DNA of 64,000 bases. It comes from an uncultured Chloroflexia bacterium. GTDB lineage: Bacteria; Chloroflexota; Anaerolineae; CG2-30-64-16. Both the position numbers and the translations under genes were made by a program. Location of the stretch: NCBI GenBank assembly GCA_963810095.1, contig CAWEMM010000006.1, positions 608,001-672,000 of the forward strand. Direction: 5' to 3'. Below the pieces are notes generated by a model. That model searched no databases and was not told the DNA's origin. It saw nothing but the letters and a program-made list of their open reading frames with translations. Below, piece after piece: positions 10,504 to 21,333 of the stretch (position 1 is the stretch's first letter; every line of letters begins with the position of its first letter).

Positions 10504-13437
10504 TCAATCACCATGGTCAACCACGGCTGCCTCGTTTCGCTTGATCACAATGAGGGTAAAGTCGTCATACTGCGCCTCACTGCCCGCCCATGCGAGGACA
10601 GCGGCGTCGATCGCGCCGGCAATCGACTCGGCGGGCTGGGCCCGGTGCTCGCAGAACAGGTCCGCGAGCCGGGCGTCTCCGAATTCCTCGCCCGCGGCAT
10701 TAAGCGTGTCGATCGCACCGTCGGTAAAGAAGAGAATCACATCGCCCGGCTGCAAGTCAACCGCCCTTTGTTCGAACTCCACGTCGGCCGTGATGCCCAG
10801 GGCCAGCCCGTTGGCGGTCAGAGTGCCCGGCGCGCCTTCGGCCCCAGCCGCATGCAGGGCCAGATTATGGCCCACGCTCGCGTACGTCAGCCGGTGCTCG
10901 TGAAAATCGAGCACGCCGTAGTGGGCCGTCACAAACATGTCGGAGGTGCTGTCGGAGAGGATGAGGTCGTTCATCCGCTGCAGAGCGGTCGCGGGGTCGC
11001 GGCCGCTGAATGCGACCGCCCGCATGATCGTACGGGCAAACATCATGTAGAGCGCGGCCGGAATGCCCTTGCCCGACACGTCGGCGATGATCAGGCCGAG
11101 GCGGAATGGGCCAAGTCGGAAGAAGTCAAAGAAATCACCACCCACCTCGCGCGCCGAGCGCCAGCGGTAGGCCACCTGGTACCCCTCAACGACCGGCGCT
11201 TCCTGGGGCAGCAGGGTCTTCTGGATGTCGTGAGCCAGTTCCAGCTCGCGGCCGATGGCCGCCCGCTCCGCCTCCTGCACCTGCAGTCGGGCATTCTCGA
11301 TGGCAATGGCAGCCTGGTTGGCAATGCCCACCAGAATGCGCACGCGCCGGGGACTGAACATGTGCGCGCTATCGACGTCGTCGGCCAACAGGGCGCCGAT
11401 CGGCTCGTCTGCCACGAGCAACGGCACAACCAGGATCGTGCGGCTGCCAAAACGGTCGGTCCAGGTTTCGGGCACCCGCGGGTTACCCTGCGTGTCGTCA
11501 ACGACGATCGGCTGCCCGCTGCGGCACGCGTCGTCCAGCAGGGGCAGGTCGCCGGGGCGGATGACCGCGTTCTCATAGGCTTGGGAGAGGCCCGGCCGCA
11601 GGCTGTGCACCGTCCGCGCGACGTAGTTGCCCTCCTCGTCGAGGATGAGGGCGACGCAGCGATCCACGCCGGTGAGTGCGGGCGCAATGCGGGCCACTTG
11701 CTCCAGGGTCACATTCACCGGCTGGAGCCGGCGGATCGCCTCGGCCACCTGCAGCAGGACGGTTGAGGTCCAGGCTTCCTCTTCGCGCATGGCCGTCAGC
11801 CGCGCGTTGTCGACCGCCGCCGCGATCTGGTGTGCGATGCCGCCCAGCATCGCGAGGCGGCGCTCGTCGAGCTGCGACACCCGCTGGCGGCTGAAGCCCG
11901 CGCCCAGCACCCCAAATACCTCGCCCTGGTTCAGCATGGGCAGCAGCGCGATCAGGTCGCCCGAGCAGACAAGATTGAACGGTTCAGGCAGGCAGCCCGG
12001 TTCGACGTCGGGGTCGAGCACAACCGCGGCCCGGTTCGAACGCAACCCGTCAAGCGCCTGCCAGTCGCCTTCGAAGAAGCGGAGCGCGACCGCCGGGTCC
12101 GCGTCCTCGTCCAGCCGCAGGCCAAACGAGGTTGCATACTGGAACGCCCCGTACTCTTCGTCCCAGAGCCAGATGGTCGTCGACTCGACGCCCGCCAGCA
12201 TGGCGGTGACCCGGACAGCGGCTTCCAGCACCTCGCCCATGCCCTCGGCCTGGCTGGTCGCCTCGGCCACCTGGAGCATGACGGTGGTCGTCCACGCCTC
12301 GATGCGCTGCGCTTCGTAAGCGCGGGCCGAGTTCACGGCGACCGCCGCCTGATCCGCGAGCATCCGGAGGACAAACAAGTCATCCGGCCCGAAGGCGTCG
12401 GGCTCGGTGCTCTGCACGTCGAGCACGCCTACGACTTCGCCTTCCACCAGCATCGGGACCGCAATTTCAGCTCGGGTGTCGGGCAGCAGGCGCGGATCGT
12501 CCGGAATGTACCGCGGTTCGAGCGCGACGTCGTTCGCAACCAGCGCTTCGCCGTGCTCGGCCGCCCAGCCGATGATCCCCTCTCGCCCGATATGCATGGT
12601 GCGACCTTCGGCCAGCCATTTTGCGTTGAGCCCATGCCCGCTCGATGCCTTGAATACCGCCCGGTCGCTCTCCTGCTCGATCAGGAAGATCTGCACGTGG
12701 TAATAGTCAAAACGCGTCTGAATAAGGTCGACCAGCTCGCCCAACAGACGATCCAGATCCAGGATGCTGGTGATGCGCCGGCCCACCTCTGAGACGGCCG
12801 TCAGCGCATTGAGCCGGCGCTCCGCGCGCTCGTACAGCCGGGCGTTGTTCAGCGCCGACGCGCTCTGATTCGCGAGGATGGAAAGGAGGCGCAGGTCGTT
12901 TTCGCCGAATGCTTCCGGTTCGGCGTGCTGGATCGAAACCGCACCAAGCACCGTATCGGCGACCAGCAAGGGGAGATAGATGCCCGAGCGCGGTGGATTG
13001 GCGCTCAGGTACGCAGGCTTGGCCGGGAGAGAGTCCATTTCGGTCGCGAAATCGTGGACCAGGAGCGGCTGATGCGAGATACGCAGCCATCCAATGATGC
13101 CCTGGCCCGCGGGGACGCTGAATGAGACGGGCGGCTGGCGCACGCCGTCTCGCACCCAGACCTTGATATGGTACTGGTCGCCCTCGAACAGGCCCAGCTG
13201 GAAGGTGTCTGTGGGGACAATACGAGCCGCAAGGGTGTAGATGAGCTCTGCAAGCGCATCCTGATCCATCTGCGCCTGTAGAATGGAGCGGCCGATCTCG
13301 GCAAGGGTCGCCAGCTCGGCCTGGCGTCCTGCGGCATGGCGCGCGTAGCGGGCAGCAGCGCGGGATCGCGATGATCCTTTGGCGGCGGCCGGTCGCAAAT
13401 TCGCGGCCTTCTTCGCACCACCCCGTGGTGCGTTCAC
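10504..13437 (-). CDS. PP2C/SpoIIE-family phosphatase with four GAF domains (RsbU-like)
   Basis: Four GAF units ending A.A..NARL-like; ELELAHDIQ, VGGDFFD, IADVSGKG, FTDG, DDFT. Confidence 0.92.
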   Translation of the reverse strand: MNAPRGGAKKAANLRPAAAKGSSRSRAAARYARHAAGRQAELATLAEIGRSILQAQMDQDALAELIYTLAARIVPTDTFQLGLFEGDQYHIKVWVRDGVRQPPVSFSVPAGQGIIGWLRISHQPLLVHDFATEMDSLPAKPAYLSANPPRSGIYLPLLVADTVLGAVSIQHAEPEAFGENDLRLLSILANQSASALNNARLYERAERRLNALTAVSEVGRRITSILDLDRLLGELVDLIQTRFDYYHVQIFLIEQESDRAVFKASSGHGLNAKWLAEGRTMHIGREGIIGWAAEHGEALVANDVALEPRYIPDDPRLLPDTRAEIAVPMLVEGEVVGVLDVQSTEPDAFGPDDLFVLRMLADQAAVAVNSARAYEAQRIEAWTTTVMLQVAEATSQAEGMGEVLEAAVRVTAMLAGVESTTIWLWDEEYGAFQYATSFGLRLDEDADPAVALRFFEGDWQALDGLRSNRAAVVLDPDVEPGCLPEPFNLVCSGDLIALLPMLNQGEVFGVLGAGFSRQRVSQLDERRLAMLGGIAHQIAAAVDNARLTAMREEEAWTSTVLLQVAEAIRRLQPVNVTLEQVARIAPALTGVDRCVALILDEEGNYVARTVHSLRPGLSQAYENAVIRPGDLPLLDDACRSGQPIVVDDTQGNPRVPETWTDRFGSRTILVVPLLVADEPIGALLADDVDSAHMFSPRRVRILVGIANQAAIAIENARLQVQEAERAAIGRELELAHDIQKTLLPQEAPVVEGYQVAYRWRSAREVGGDFFDFFRLGPFRLGLIIADVSGKGIPAALYMMFARTIMRAVAFSGRDPATALQRMNDLILSDSTSDMFVTAHYGVLDFHEHRLTYASVGHNLALHAAGAEGAPGTLTANGLALGITADVEFEQRAVDLQPGDVILFFTDGAIDTLNAAGEEFGDARLADLFCEHRAQPAESIAGAIDAAVLAWAGSEAQYDDFTLIVIKRNEAAVVDHGD

Positions 13438-13856
13438 GCGGCGCCCCGTTTGACCATCGTCAATAAATTACCGTCGGGCAGGGTCTCGTACCGCACCTCG
13501 TCCATGAGCTCGTGCATCAGGTGGAGCCCGAGCCCCCCTACGGGCCGGTCCTCGAGCGGAACGGTCTCGTCCGGCCGGCCCACCTTCCCCGGCTTGAAGG
13601 GCTTGGCGTGATCGCGCAGTTCGACGGTCACGTCGCCTTCGTCGACGCGAAAGAGGACAGACAGCACACCGCCGCGGCCCTTATAGCCATGCTCGATGAC
13701 GTTGCTGACTGCCTCCTCGACGGCGAGCGTGAGGTCGAAGCGCAGGTCGGGGTTGATCGATGCATCCTCGCACGCAGCCTCGACAAACTCGATGAGGACC
13801 GGAAGCGCGCTCATCCTGCCGTCGCACTTCATTTCTCTCACGAAGGGTTGGCTCAC
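13434..13856 (-). CDS. Anti-sigma factor-like Ser/Thr kinase (RsbW/HATPase_c_2)
   Basis: LAVEEAVSNVIEHGY, D..KPF, GGLGLHLM; GTG start with GGAG RBS. Confidence 0.9.
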   Translation of the reverse strand: MSQPFVREMKCDGRMSALPVLIEFVEAACEDASINPDLRFDLTLAVEEAVSNVIEHGYKGRGGVLSVLFRVDEGDVTVELRDHAKPFKPGKVGRPDETVPLEDRPVGGLGLHLMHELMDEVRYETLPDGNLLTMVKRGAA

Positions 13857-13962
13857 CTTGCTCCACCTTGCAATACGCCCCGAGGCCCGGTGCGGGGAGT
13901 TGGGTAGCCTTCGGCCACCTTGCACCCGGCACCCGACCATCGGGGCGCAATCCTAACTCACC

Positions 13963-14298
13963 CTAGAAGCTGCCGACGGCCTCGGCCTCGGTGTCGTAGA
14001 TCATGAACTGCCCGCTCAGCCCGGTCAGGTCCAACACTTTTCGGATATTGGGATTGACCTCAGCCAGCCGCATGTCGCCGCGATTCCAACGCCGGCAGTT
14101 CTTCCACGTGCTGATGAGCTCACGCAGCGCAGCGCTTGACGTGTAGGAGACGTCCTTCATATTGATCACCATCTTGTAGTGACCCACGTCCGTCAGGCTG
14201 CGGAGCTGGGTGCCCAACTCCGGGGCCACACTGCCGTCGATGCGCCCGCCCAACCGGACCAGCGTGCAACGCTTCATGTCGACGTTCGAGAATTCCAT
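13963..14298 (-). CDS. STAS domain anti-anti-sigma factor (RsbV-like)
   Basis: GRIDG..APEL, VSYTSSAALREL, VLDLTGL. Confidence 0.9.
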   Translation of the reverse strand: MEFSNVDMKRCTLVRLGGRIDGSVAPELGTQLRSLTDVGHYKMVINMKDVSYTSSAALRELISTWKNCRRWNRGDMRLAEVNPNIRKVLDLTGLSGQFMIYDTEAEAVGSF

Positions 14299-14428
14299 GA
14301 GAATCACCTCCGTGGGTAACCGCGTCTTTCAGATAGCTATGCGGCTCGCGCCTTTTAGGAGCCGCAGTGTATCACATGCTAACCCGCCGCACAACTCCAG
14401 TTTGCGGCTAACTGATCGGAGATAACCA

Positions 14429-14462
14429 AGACCTGCAGGAGCTTCGAGACCACGCAGGTCCT
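14429..14462. repeat. AGACCT..AGGT-family palindrome (family C)
   Basis: AGACCTGCAGG...CCACGCAGGTC; related copies at 32548, 38780, 59282. Confidence 0.5.
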
Positions 14463-14536
14463 CTCCGGGGTTCCCCTTTGAGCGAAACTAAAGCGTACGC
14501 AACGTGCGCCGCGTGCAATTCGACGCGTCGGCCGGA

Positions 14537-16033
14537 TCAGTCGTGCAGGCTCGACGGGACGGCGGCGGATTGCGAGGCCCCGCCGCACGTCAGCCCGACA
14601 AGCACCATGCCCAGCCCCAGGTAGCTCCAGAGCATGACACCCATGTGTGGATAGACGAGGTTGAAGAGGTAATGATCGAAGATGCCGCCGACCAGCGCAC
14701 CGACGATGGCGGCCAACAAACCGAGCAGCAGGGCCTCGGCCCGGGCGTCCTCGACCGATTGGGGGACCACAGCCCGTGTCTGCCGCCAGGCCCAGAAGAG
14801 ATTGGCCAGGTAGCCGGCGATCACGACGAGAAAGACAAAGACACCCAACACGCCCATGATTTCGGCCATCAGCAGGTAGAGGTTCGACACTCCCACATAC
14901 AGGTCGGCGTCTGGCGAACCGGCAAAACCCACGCCAAACCACGGGTAACGGCCGATTAGCGCCAGTGCGTCCTTGTACTCGCCCAAGCGCATCAGCGTAG
15001 CCCGGTCCTGCAGCTGGATGCCCTCGACGAAGTGGAGCACGTACGCCTGCGCCTGGGGCAAGAGCAGCAACAGCACGCCCCCCACCAGCGCCAACAGCAG
15101 CAGCTTGCGATAGCGCAGGAGGCCGATCACGACCAGCCCGACGGCCAGGCCCGCGAGCGAACCCCGGCTGTACGTCAGATACAAGCACAGGAACTCGACG
15201 CCCAGGAAGCCGACGATCAGCCAGCGGCGGAAGAGTGGGCTAGGGCTGACCAACTGCGGCAGCGTCAAGCCGATGGTCAGGATCATGAAGCCGCCGAGCA
15301 CATTCGGGTCCACCATCGTGCCGATGGCGCGCATGGGATTCTCGGCGCTGTCCTCGATATAGCGGAGCGCGCCTGCGCCGCCGGGATAACCGAACCGGCC
15401 CAGTGCGTCGAGAATCCGGATCGTCATCGTCTCCGGAATGACGTAGAAGACCACCGCAATACCGGCCGCTACTACGCCCGCAAGCATAATCAGGCGCGCG
15501 AAGAACTCCGCGTCGCGCCGTGTGCGCAGCGTGTTCAGGAGCACGAAGAAGAACGCGATGGCCAGGACCAGTTCGGCAAAGTTGCGAAGGGTGGTCATCG
15601 TCGGCCGGCTGAAGCGCAGCCCGTTGGCAAACGCAAAGAAGGCCACCAACAGGAAGAGCAACACCGCCGCACCGATTGGCGAGCCAATCACTTCCCGGTC
15701 TCGCCGGGTGAAGATGCGGATGAGCCAGACGAAGTAGACCGCCAACACGGCGACGTTCAGGAACGTGGGCGTGAAGCCGATCTTGAACGGCAGCGTGGCG
15801 AACGGCAGAAAGCCGATGACCACGAACACCGCGATCATGCCCCACCGCACGTCGGTGAGGACGAGCGCCGCGGCCACCAGCACGACCAGGCCGGCCGTCC
15901 CATAGAGCGGACCTGCGACTGCAATGACGAGCGCCGCAAAGAGCGCGCCGCCGAAAATGAGCGCGCCCCGGCCGAACCACGCCACACGTGGGTCCGGGCT
16001 GAAAAGAATGCTTTCGACGCAATTCAAGAGCAT
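14537..16033 (-). CDS. O-antigen ligase/Wzy_C family membrane protein
   Basis: RAIGTMVDPNVLGG, LTYSRG, YPWFGVG, NLYL..AE.G; many TMs. Confidence 0.85.
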   Translation of the reverse strand: MLLNCVESILFSPDPRVAWFGRGALIFGGALFAALVIAVAGPLYGTAGLVVLVAAALVLTDVRWGMIAVFVVIGFLPFATLPFKIGFTPTFLNVAVLAVYFVWLIRIFTRRDREVIGSPIGAAVLLFLLVAFFAFANGLRFSRPTMTTLRNFAELVLAIAFFFVLLNTLRTRRDAEFFARLIMLAGVVAAGIAVVFYVIPETMTIRILDALGRFGYPGGAGALRYIEDSAENPMRAIGTMVDPNVLGGFMILTIGLTLPQLVSPSPLFRRWLIVGFLGVEFLCLYLTYSRGSLAGLAVGLVVIGLLRYRKLLLLALVGGVLLLLLPQAQAYVLHFVEGIQLQDRATLMRLGEYKDALALIGRYPWFGVGFAGSPDADLYVGVSNLYLLMAEIMGVLGVFVFLVVIAGYLANLFWAWRQTRAVVPQSVEDARAEALLLGLLAAIVGALVGGIFDHYLFNLVYPHMGVMLWSYLGLGMVLVGLTCGGASQSAAVPSSLHD

Positions 16034-16123
16034 TTGCTGATTATACCACCGTGCTCTGCCGTCACCATGCGCGGCCTACCCGGTTCGGCCTGGCCGTGAC
16101 GCCTGGCGCGTCTGGAACCCGGG

Positions 16124-18927
16124 TCAGCGAGCATGCACGACCAATGGGCGGGGCAGAGTGAGGACGTCGCTCCCGGCGCACGCCAGCCGCTCGCCCGTGG
16201 GCTCATCATAGAACCCCAGGCGCACCGTGTACTCCCCGGGCGGAAGATCGGCCGGTAGGGGAATATCATGGACGTCGACCAGCACTTCCTGGGGCTGCCA
16301 GGACGACGTGAATGCTCCACCGTCCAGCGGATACCCGTCGCTCTGGGTGCGCCGCTCGCCTGCTGCATCGAAGACGTGGATGAACACCTTCCAGTTGCGC
16401 TTCGTCGGGCCGCCGGCCTGCCACGTCAGCGTGATCGGCACCGTGGAGCCGGGCAGCACCGACTCGGGCAGGCCGGCGCGCACCAGGCGCACGCCCTCAT
16501 CACACGCCAGGTCCACCGGCTCACCGCCTGCGGGCAGCGTAAAGCTGTGCGGCCGGTCCTCGACGACCAGGCGACCGAGTGGGACGACCGCGGCGCTTGC
16601 GGGGCTTGCGCCCGCCTCCGCCACCCCGACTGACACCCGGTAGTCGCCGGGGGGCAGATCGCTGGGCAGGGTAAAACCGGTCCGGGTCGCGATCACGCGC
16701 CCCGGCTGCCAGTCGGCGGTCGGGTGCCAGGCGGGGCCCAGGGGCTGGACGAGCGCGGCCTGCGAGCGACCCTGAATGAACAGCTGCAGGTCGAGCGCAG
16801 GCTGCGGTTCGTTGACCTCCCACTGCAGCGGGACGGCGAGGGTCGCGCCCGCCCGCACCGGCGCATCCCCAAAGCCGCTGCTCCGCAAGGTCAGGCCGGG
16901 TCTCACGCTCGCGTTCAGGGTCTTGGCGAGGGGAGGTGTGGCCGGCACAGGGGAGAGCGGCGCGGTCACCCGGACGGTCGCCAGGTCGAGCCCGGACTCT
17001 AATACCGAGTCGCCCGCCCGGGCAGTCAGAGAAGCGCCCTTGTCGGTGAACCAATTCAGCTGGAGCTTGTACTCGCCCGGTGGGACGTCCGGCTGCACCT
17101 GGAATGCCAACCGGTCTGTGACCGGCGCGTCCTTCCAGTCCGACGTTGCACAGCGCCCGTTGCACGGCTCTGATCCGAGCTTGCTCCACACCGCGCCGTC
17201 GGGCCCCACCAGGTTGAGCGTGCGGAGGTAATGCTCAGGGATCTTGCCGAGCCGCTGCCACTGGAACTCGAGCCGCAGCGCGTCGCCGGCGGCGACCTCG
17301 ACCGTGGGGGCCGGCGAGCCCGGTGCACTATCTACTACACCGGCCGCCGCCCACCCTGCCAGGCCGATCAGGTCGCCCCAGCGGGCGCCGCCCGGCTGGG
17401 ACACCAAGGGCCGCCCGGTATAATAGTGCACCACGCCGCGGCCGCCGGGGAACCACACGCGTTCCCCCGGGAACGCCAGGGCATTGAAGGCTCGCTCGAC
17501 GCGATCCGTGTTCTCCGGACCGGGGAAGAGCATGAGCCAGAGCGAGGGCGCGCCGGTGGCCACCACCTCAGCCGCCCGCTGCTGTGCCACCTCCTCGCTG
17601 ATTTCCTGGTGTCGCTCGATCACGGCGTTGTAGTAAGGCAAGTTCCGGCGGTTGTAATAGCTGTCGAAGGGCCAGTCGAAGTAGTAGGTGTAGACGATGG
17701 GCTCGCCATCCCGCGCCCGGGCGTTCACATAGTCTGTCGTGACGGCAAACGGCCGCTGCCGCGTTCTCGATATGCCGGACGGACATGCCGAGATTCAGGG
17801 CCACCAGGACGATCAGCAGGCCCGCGCCCAGCGCACGTGACCGGCGCCAGACCACGGCGATGCCGTATGCCGCTGCCACCAGTGCCAACCCGATGGTGGC
17901 CGAAGTGTGGCGGGCCGAAGAAAACGGCATGACCAACACCGCGATCACGGAAGGCACGATGATGAGCAGGCCAAGCAGCCAGCGGAGGTCGAGAGGCGTG
18001 CGCCGGGGCACGCGGTCCACCCAGACGATGCCGGTCAACACGAGCGAGGCGACGAACAGGGTCGACACGACCACTGCGAGGAACGGCAGGGTGCCGACGT
18101 TCGTGCCAATCGCCCACTCGGCGTAGACGTCCCACAAGGGCCCCAGCGTGTGCGGCATCGCGAGGAAGAGCTTGATGCCCTCGACCAGGCTGGCGCGCGG
18201 TCCGGGGAAGACCGCGAACAGTGCGACGCCGGCCACGAACAGCACGCCGAGGATTTGCACGAAGCGCATCCGGCTCGCTGCAGGCAAGGTGCGCCAGCGG
18301 ATCAAGACAAACAAGACATAGCAGAAAAGCACGAGGCTGATCAGGTAGTGCATCCCGATGGCCGCGCCCATGGCGAGCACGAAGAGGGCCCAATCGCGCC
18401 ACCGGTTCGAGCGCAGCGCCCGGTCGAGCGCGTACACGCTGAGCGGGACGAGCATCATCAGCCAGGGATACATCCGGGCGTCCCGGGCATGCTTGATGAG
18501 CATCGGGTTCGTGGCCGCAATGATGCCGACGACGAGCGCGAAGCGCTGCCCGCTCCACCTGCCGCGCCAGCGTCACCAGCACGGCTACGGCCAGCGTCAT
18601 GCCCATCCACGAGAACGCCCGCAGTGCAAACTCGCTGTCGCCTGCCACCGACATCCACGCATGGAGGAGGACGTAATACAGCGGCGGGTGCTCCCATGCA
18701 CGGCTGAGCGAGTAGGAGAGGACCTCGAGCAGCGGCTTGCGCGCGATCCAATAGCTGATTGCCTCGTCGACCCAGAGATCGGGGCCGTTCAACCGCCACA
18801 GGCTGAGCAGCGCCGCAAGCAGCAGGATCGCGGCGACCTGCAGCTTGAACGGCACGCGCGCGAGGGCTGCCGCCAACTGCTCGAAGAACAGCAGCGCTGC
18901 GCGCTTGAGCCGGGTCCAGGCGGTCAT
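16124..18927 (-). CDS. GT-C-fold (GT39/ArnT/PMT-like) glycosyltransferase with three C-terminal beta domains; frameshifts near 18555 and 17755
   Basis: LWVDEA, EHPPLYYVLLH, ARMY motifs across ORFs 17725-18927, 17568-18503 and 16124-17728. Confidence 0.8.
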
Positions 18928-21327
18928 CGGATCGTGGCCTCGCCGAGATCCACCCGGCCGTCAGGCGTGGCGGGCTCGACCGGCAGGTTCGCCAGCGGCT
19001 CGGGCTGATACATGCCGGCCTTCAGCCGGTACGCGCCGGGAGCGAGGCCGGCAGGCAGGGGCAGCCGGTGCGTGTCGGCGATCAACTCGCCCGCACGCCA
19101 ACGGGTGGTCGGCGTGTACCTGCCGCCCGGGTCGCCGTCATGCTGCGCGATGACCTGTCCGTCGGGCCCGAGCAGGTGCACGAAGGACTTGTAGTTGGAT
19201 CCCACCTCGCGTAAGGCGAACCAATACAAGGTTACGTCAACTGCGTTCGTTTCAGATGCGCCGGGCCGGGGCTGCACCGCGTCATAGCCCACGAGCAGCG
19301 CAACATCGCCCAGGGCAGCACTGACGGGCGCGGGCGTCCAGGTGTGCTTGCCGAGGCCCATGCCGTTCAAACCGAGCACGAGCGCCAACCCGACGAGGCC
19401 GGCGGCGGCCGGCCGCAGTCCCGGGGCCGCGCACAGCGCCAGGCGAGAACGGCCCAAATCGCCACCCCGAGCAAGGCAAGTGCGCCGCCGGCGAGCCAGG
19501 CCGGCTGGGGCCCAAAGCGGAAGGACACCCGGTTCGCGCCCGCGGGCAGTTGCGCCGAAACCAGCGCCAACTCGCCCACCGGGGTCGTGGGCACCCGCTT
19601 GCCGTTCACCTGCGCCTGCCACCCGGGCAGGTAGAACTGGTGCAGCAGGACGGCCAGGGGCGCGGCCGTGTCCACCGAGAGCTCTACGCGGTCGTAGCCC
19701 GCACGGGTCACCCGCACGGCGGGCCGGGGCGAGAGCGGCGTCCCGTCGGTCGCCCCCTCCCGCGGCCGGCCTAGCGCCCAGCGTTGCTCGCTGACGGCCA
19801 GCGGAAGAAACTCGCCCGTCCAGGTGGCGCCCACCTGGCCCATCTCCGCATCCTCCCGCCACATCCGGTCGGGCCACCAAGCATCCGGCGCGGGGATGGA
19901 AACGGCGACCTCGCGGGAAGGTTGGGCAGCGGCTGGAGCACGAGCAGCAGCGCGATGGCGGCCACGGCTGCCAGCGCGGGCGCAGGCAAGCCGGCCGCTC
20001 CCGAAGGTGTGTTACGCCGGCCCAGCAGCGCCGGCAGCGCTCCTGCAACCCCGGCCAGGCCCAACGCGGCCAAGCCCAGGAAGCGCCAGGGATATTGGAG
20101 GCTGGCAATCAGCGGTAAGGCCCGCCAGATCGGTAGGGCCGGATCGGCGGACATGACGACCGCGCCGGCGACGAGGCACAAGCTGAAGATCAGCGGCCCC
20201 GCCGCAGGCAGCGCCTCACCCGCAGACTTGCCGCGGGCCCGTCCCGTCACCCAACGCCACAGGGTCAGGCCGAACACTCCGACCACCAGCACGACCGTCA
20301 GCGCACTCAGCGGGTAATCGGCCCCGGCCTCTGTCGCCTGCGGCACCTTGTACCGGTAGAAGAAGGCCCCTTGCACCAGGTCATTCAGCGGCGCGAAGTG
20401 CTCGCGATAGCCCTCGCCCGGCGCAAGGCTTAGCCCAACGAAGCGGCTCTCGGCGAAGAAGGGCAGCCAGAGCGGCGCGCTGAGCAGCACCGCCAGCAGA
20501 AATGAGCCGGCCGCAGACACCAGCCCGCGGCCGTTCCGGGTCCACAGGGCCAGGACGGCCACGTAGACCAGCCAGACGGGGGCCATTATCAGCGCGGTGA
20601 GGTTGTGCGTCAGGATCAACCCGGCCCACGCGAGCGCGCCCCACAGCCAACCCGGCCGGGACGCCGGCCCCCGCTCACGAAAAGCGACGGCGTAGGCCCA
20701 CAGGATGAGCGGCGGCCAGATGAAGGCGAAGTGCTCGGGGATCGCGCCGCGCACGTAGGGATCTACCAGGTGGTAGGGGAAATAGGTGTATGCCAGCGCG
20801 GCTAACAACCCGCCCCAAGGCCCCCAGAGATAGTTTCCGAAGCCAAAGGCGGCCAGCGCGGCGAGGATAAAGCCGAGCGCGATCACGCCGGCCAACGCCA
20901 CTTCCGGCGAGACGCCGAGCGCTGCCAGCAGCGCGCCGGGCCAGTAGGCCAATGGGGCATAGAAGTTCAGCACGGCCTGGCCGTAGCCGAAGCCGAACTG
21001 CGGAAAGATGCGCGGGGCCAGCACGCCGTGCTGCCATGCGCCGGCCAGCGCGGCGATGCGATAGACGTGGAAACGGCCGTCGGCGGACGCGACAAAGGGT
21101 CCACCGGACAGCAGCGGCCACAGCGCCGGCAGCGTCAGAAGGATTACCAGGAGGACCCATAACAGTCGGGACTTGCGGCTCACGAAATCAAGCCTCGTAC
21201 GGGGCAGCGTGTTCGTACCCGTCCAGAGCGACCCGGGACGCGTTCCTTCGGCAGGGTGCGTCCCAGGCTGATGACGCAATGCAGCCGCTGGCAGTTCCAG
21301 GCGGGCGGCTGCCGCTGTCTGCGACAC
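18924..21327 (-). CDS. GT-C-like membrane protein (PTPS-related/YfhO-like) with C-terminal beta domain; frameshifts near 19900 and 19420
   Basis: DG.FH, GYG..VLNFYAPL, RGAIPE, LTHN, LQYPWRFL, FYLPGWQA.VNG, VTLYW. Confidence 0.8.
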
Positions 21328-21333
21328 AACGCC

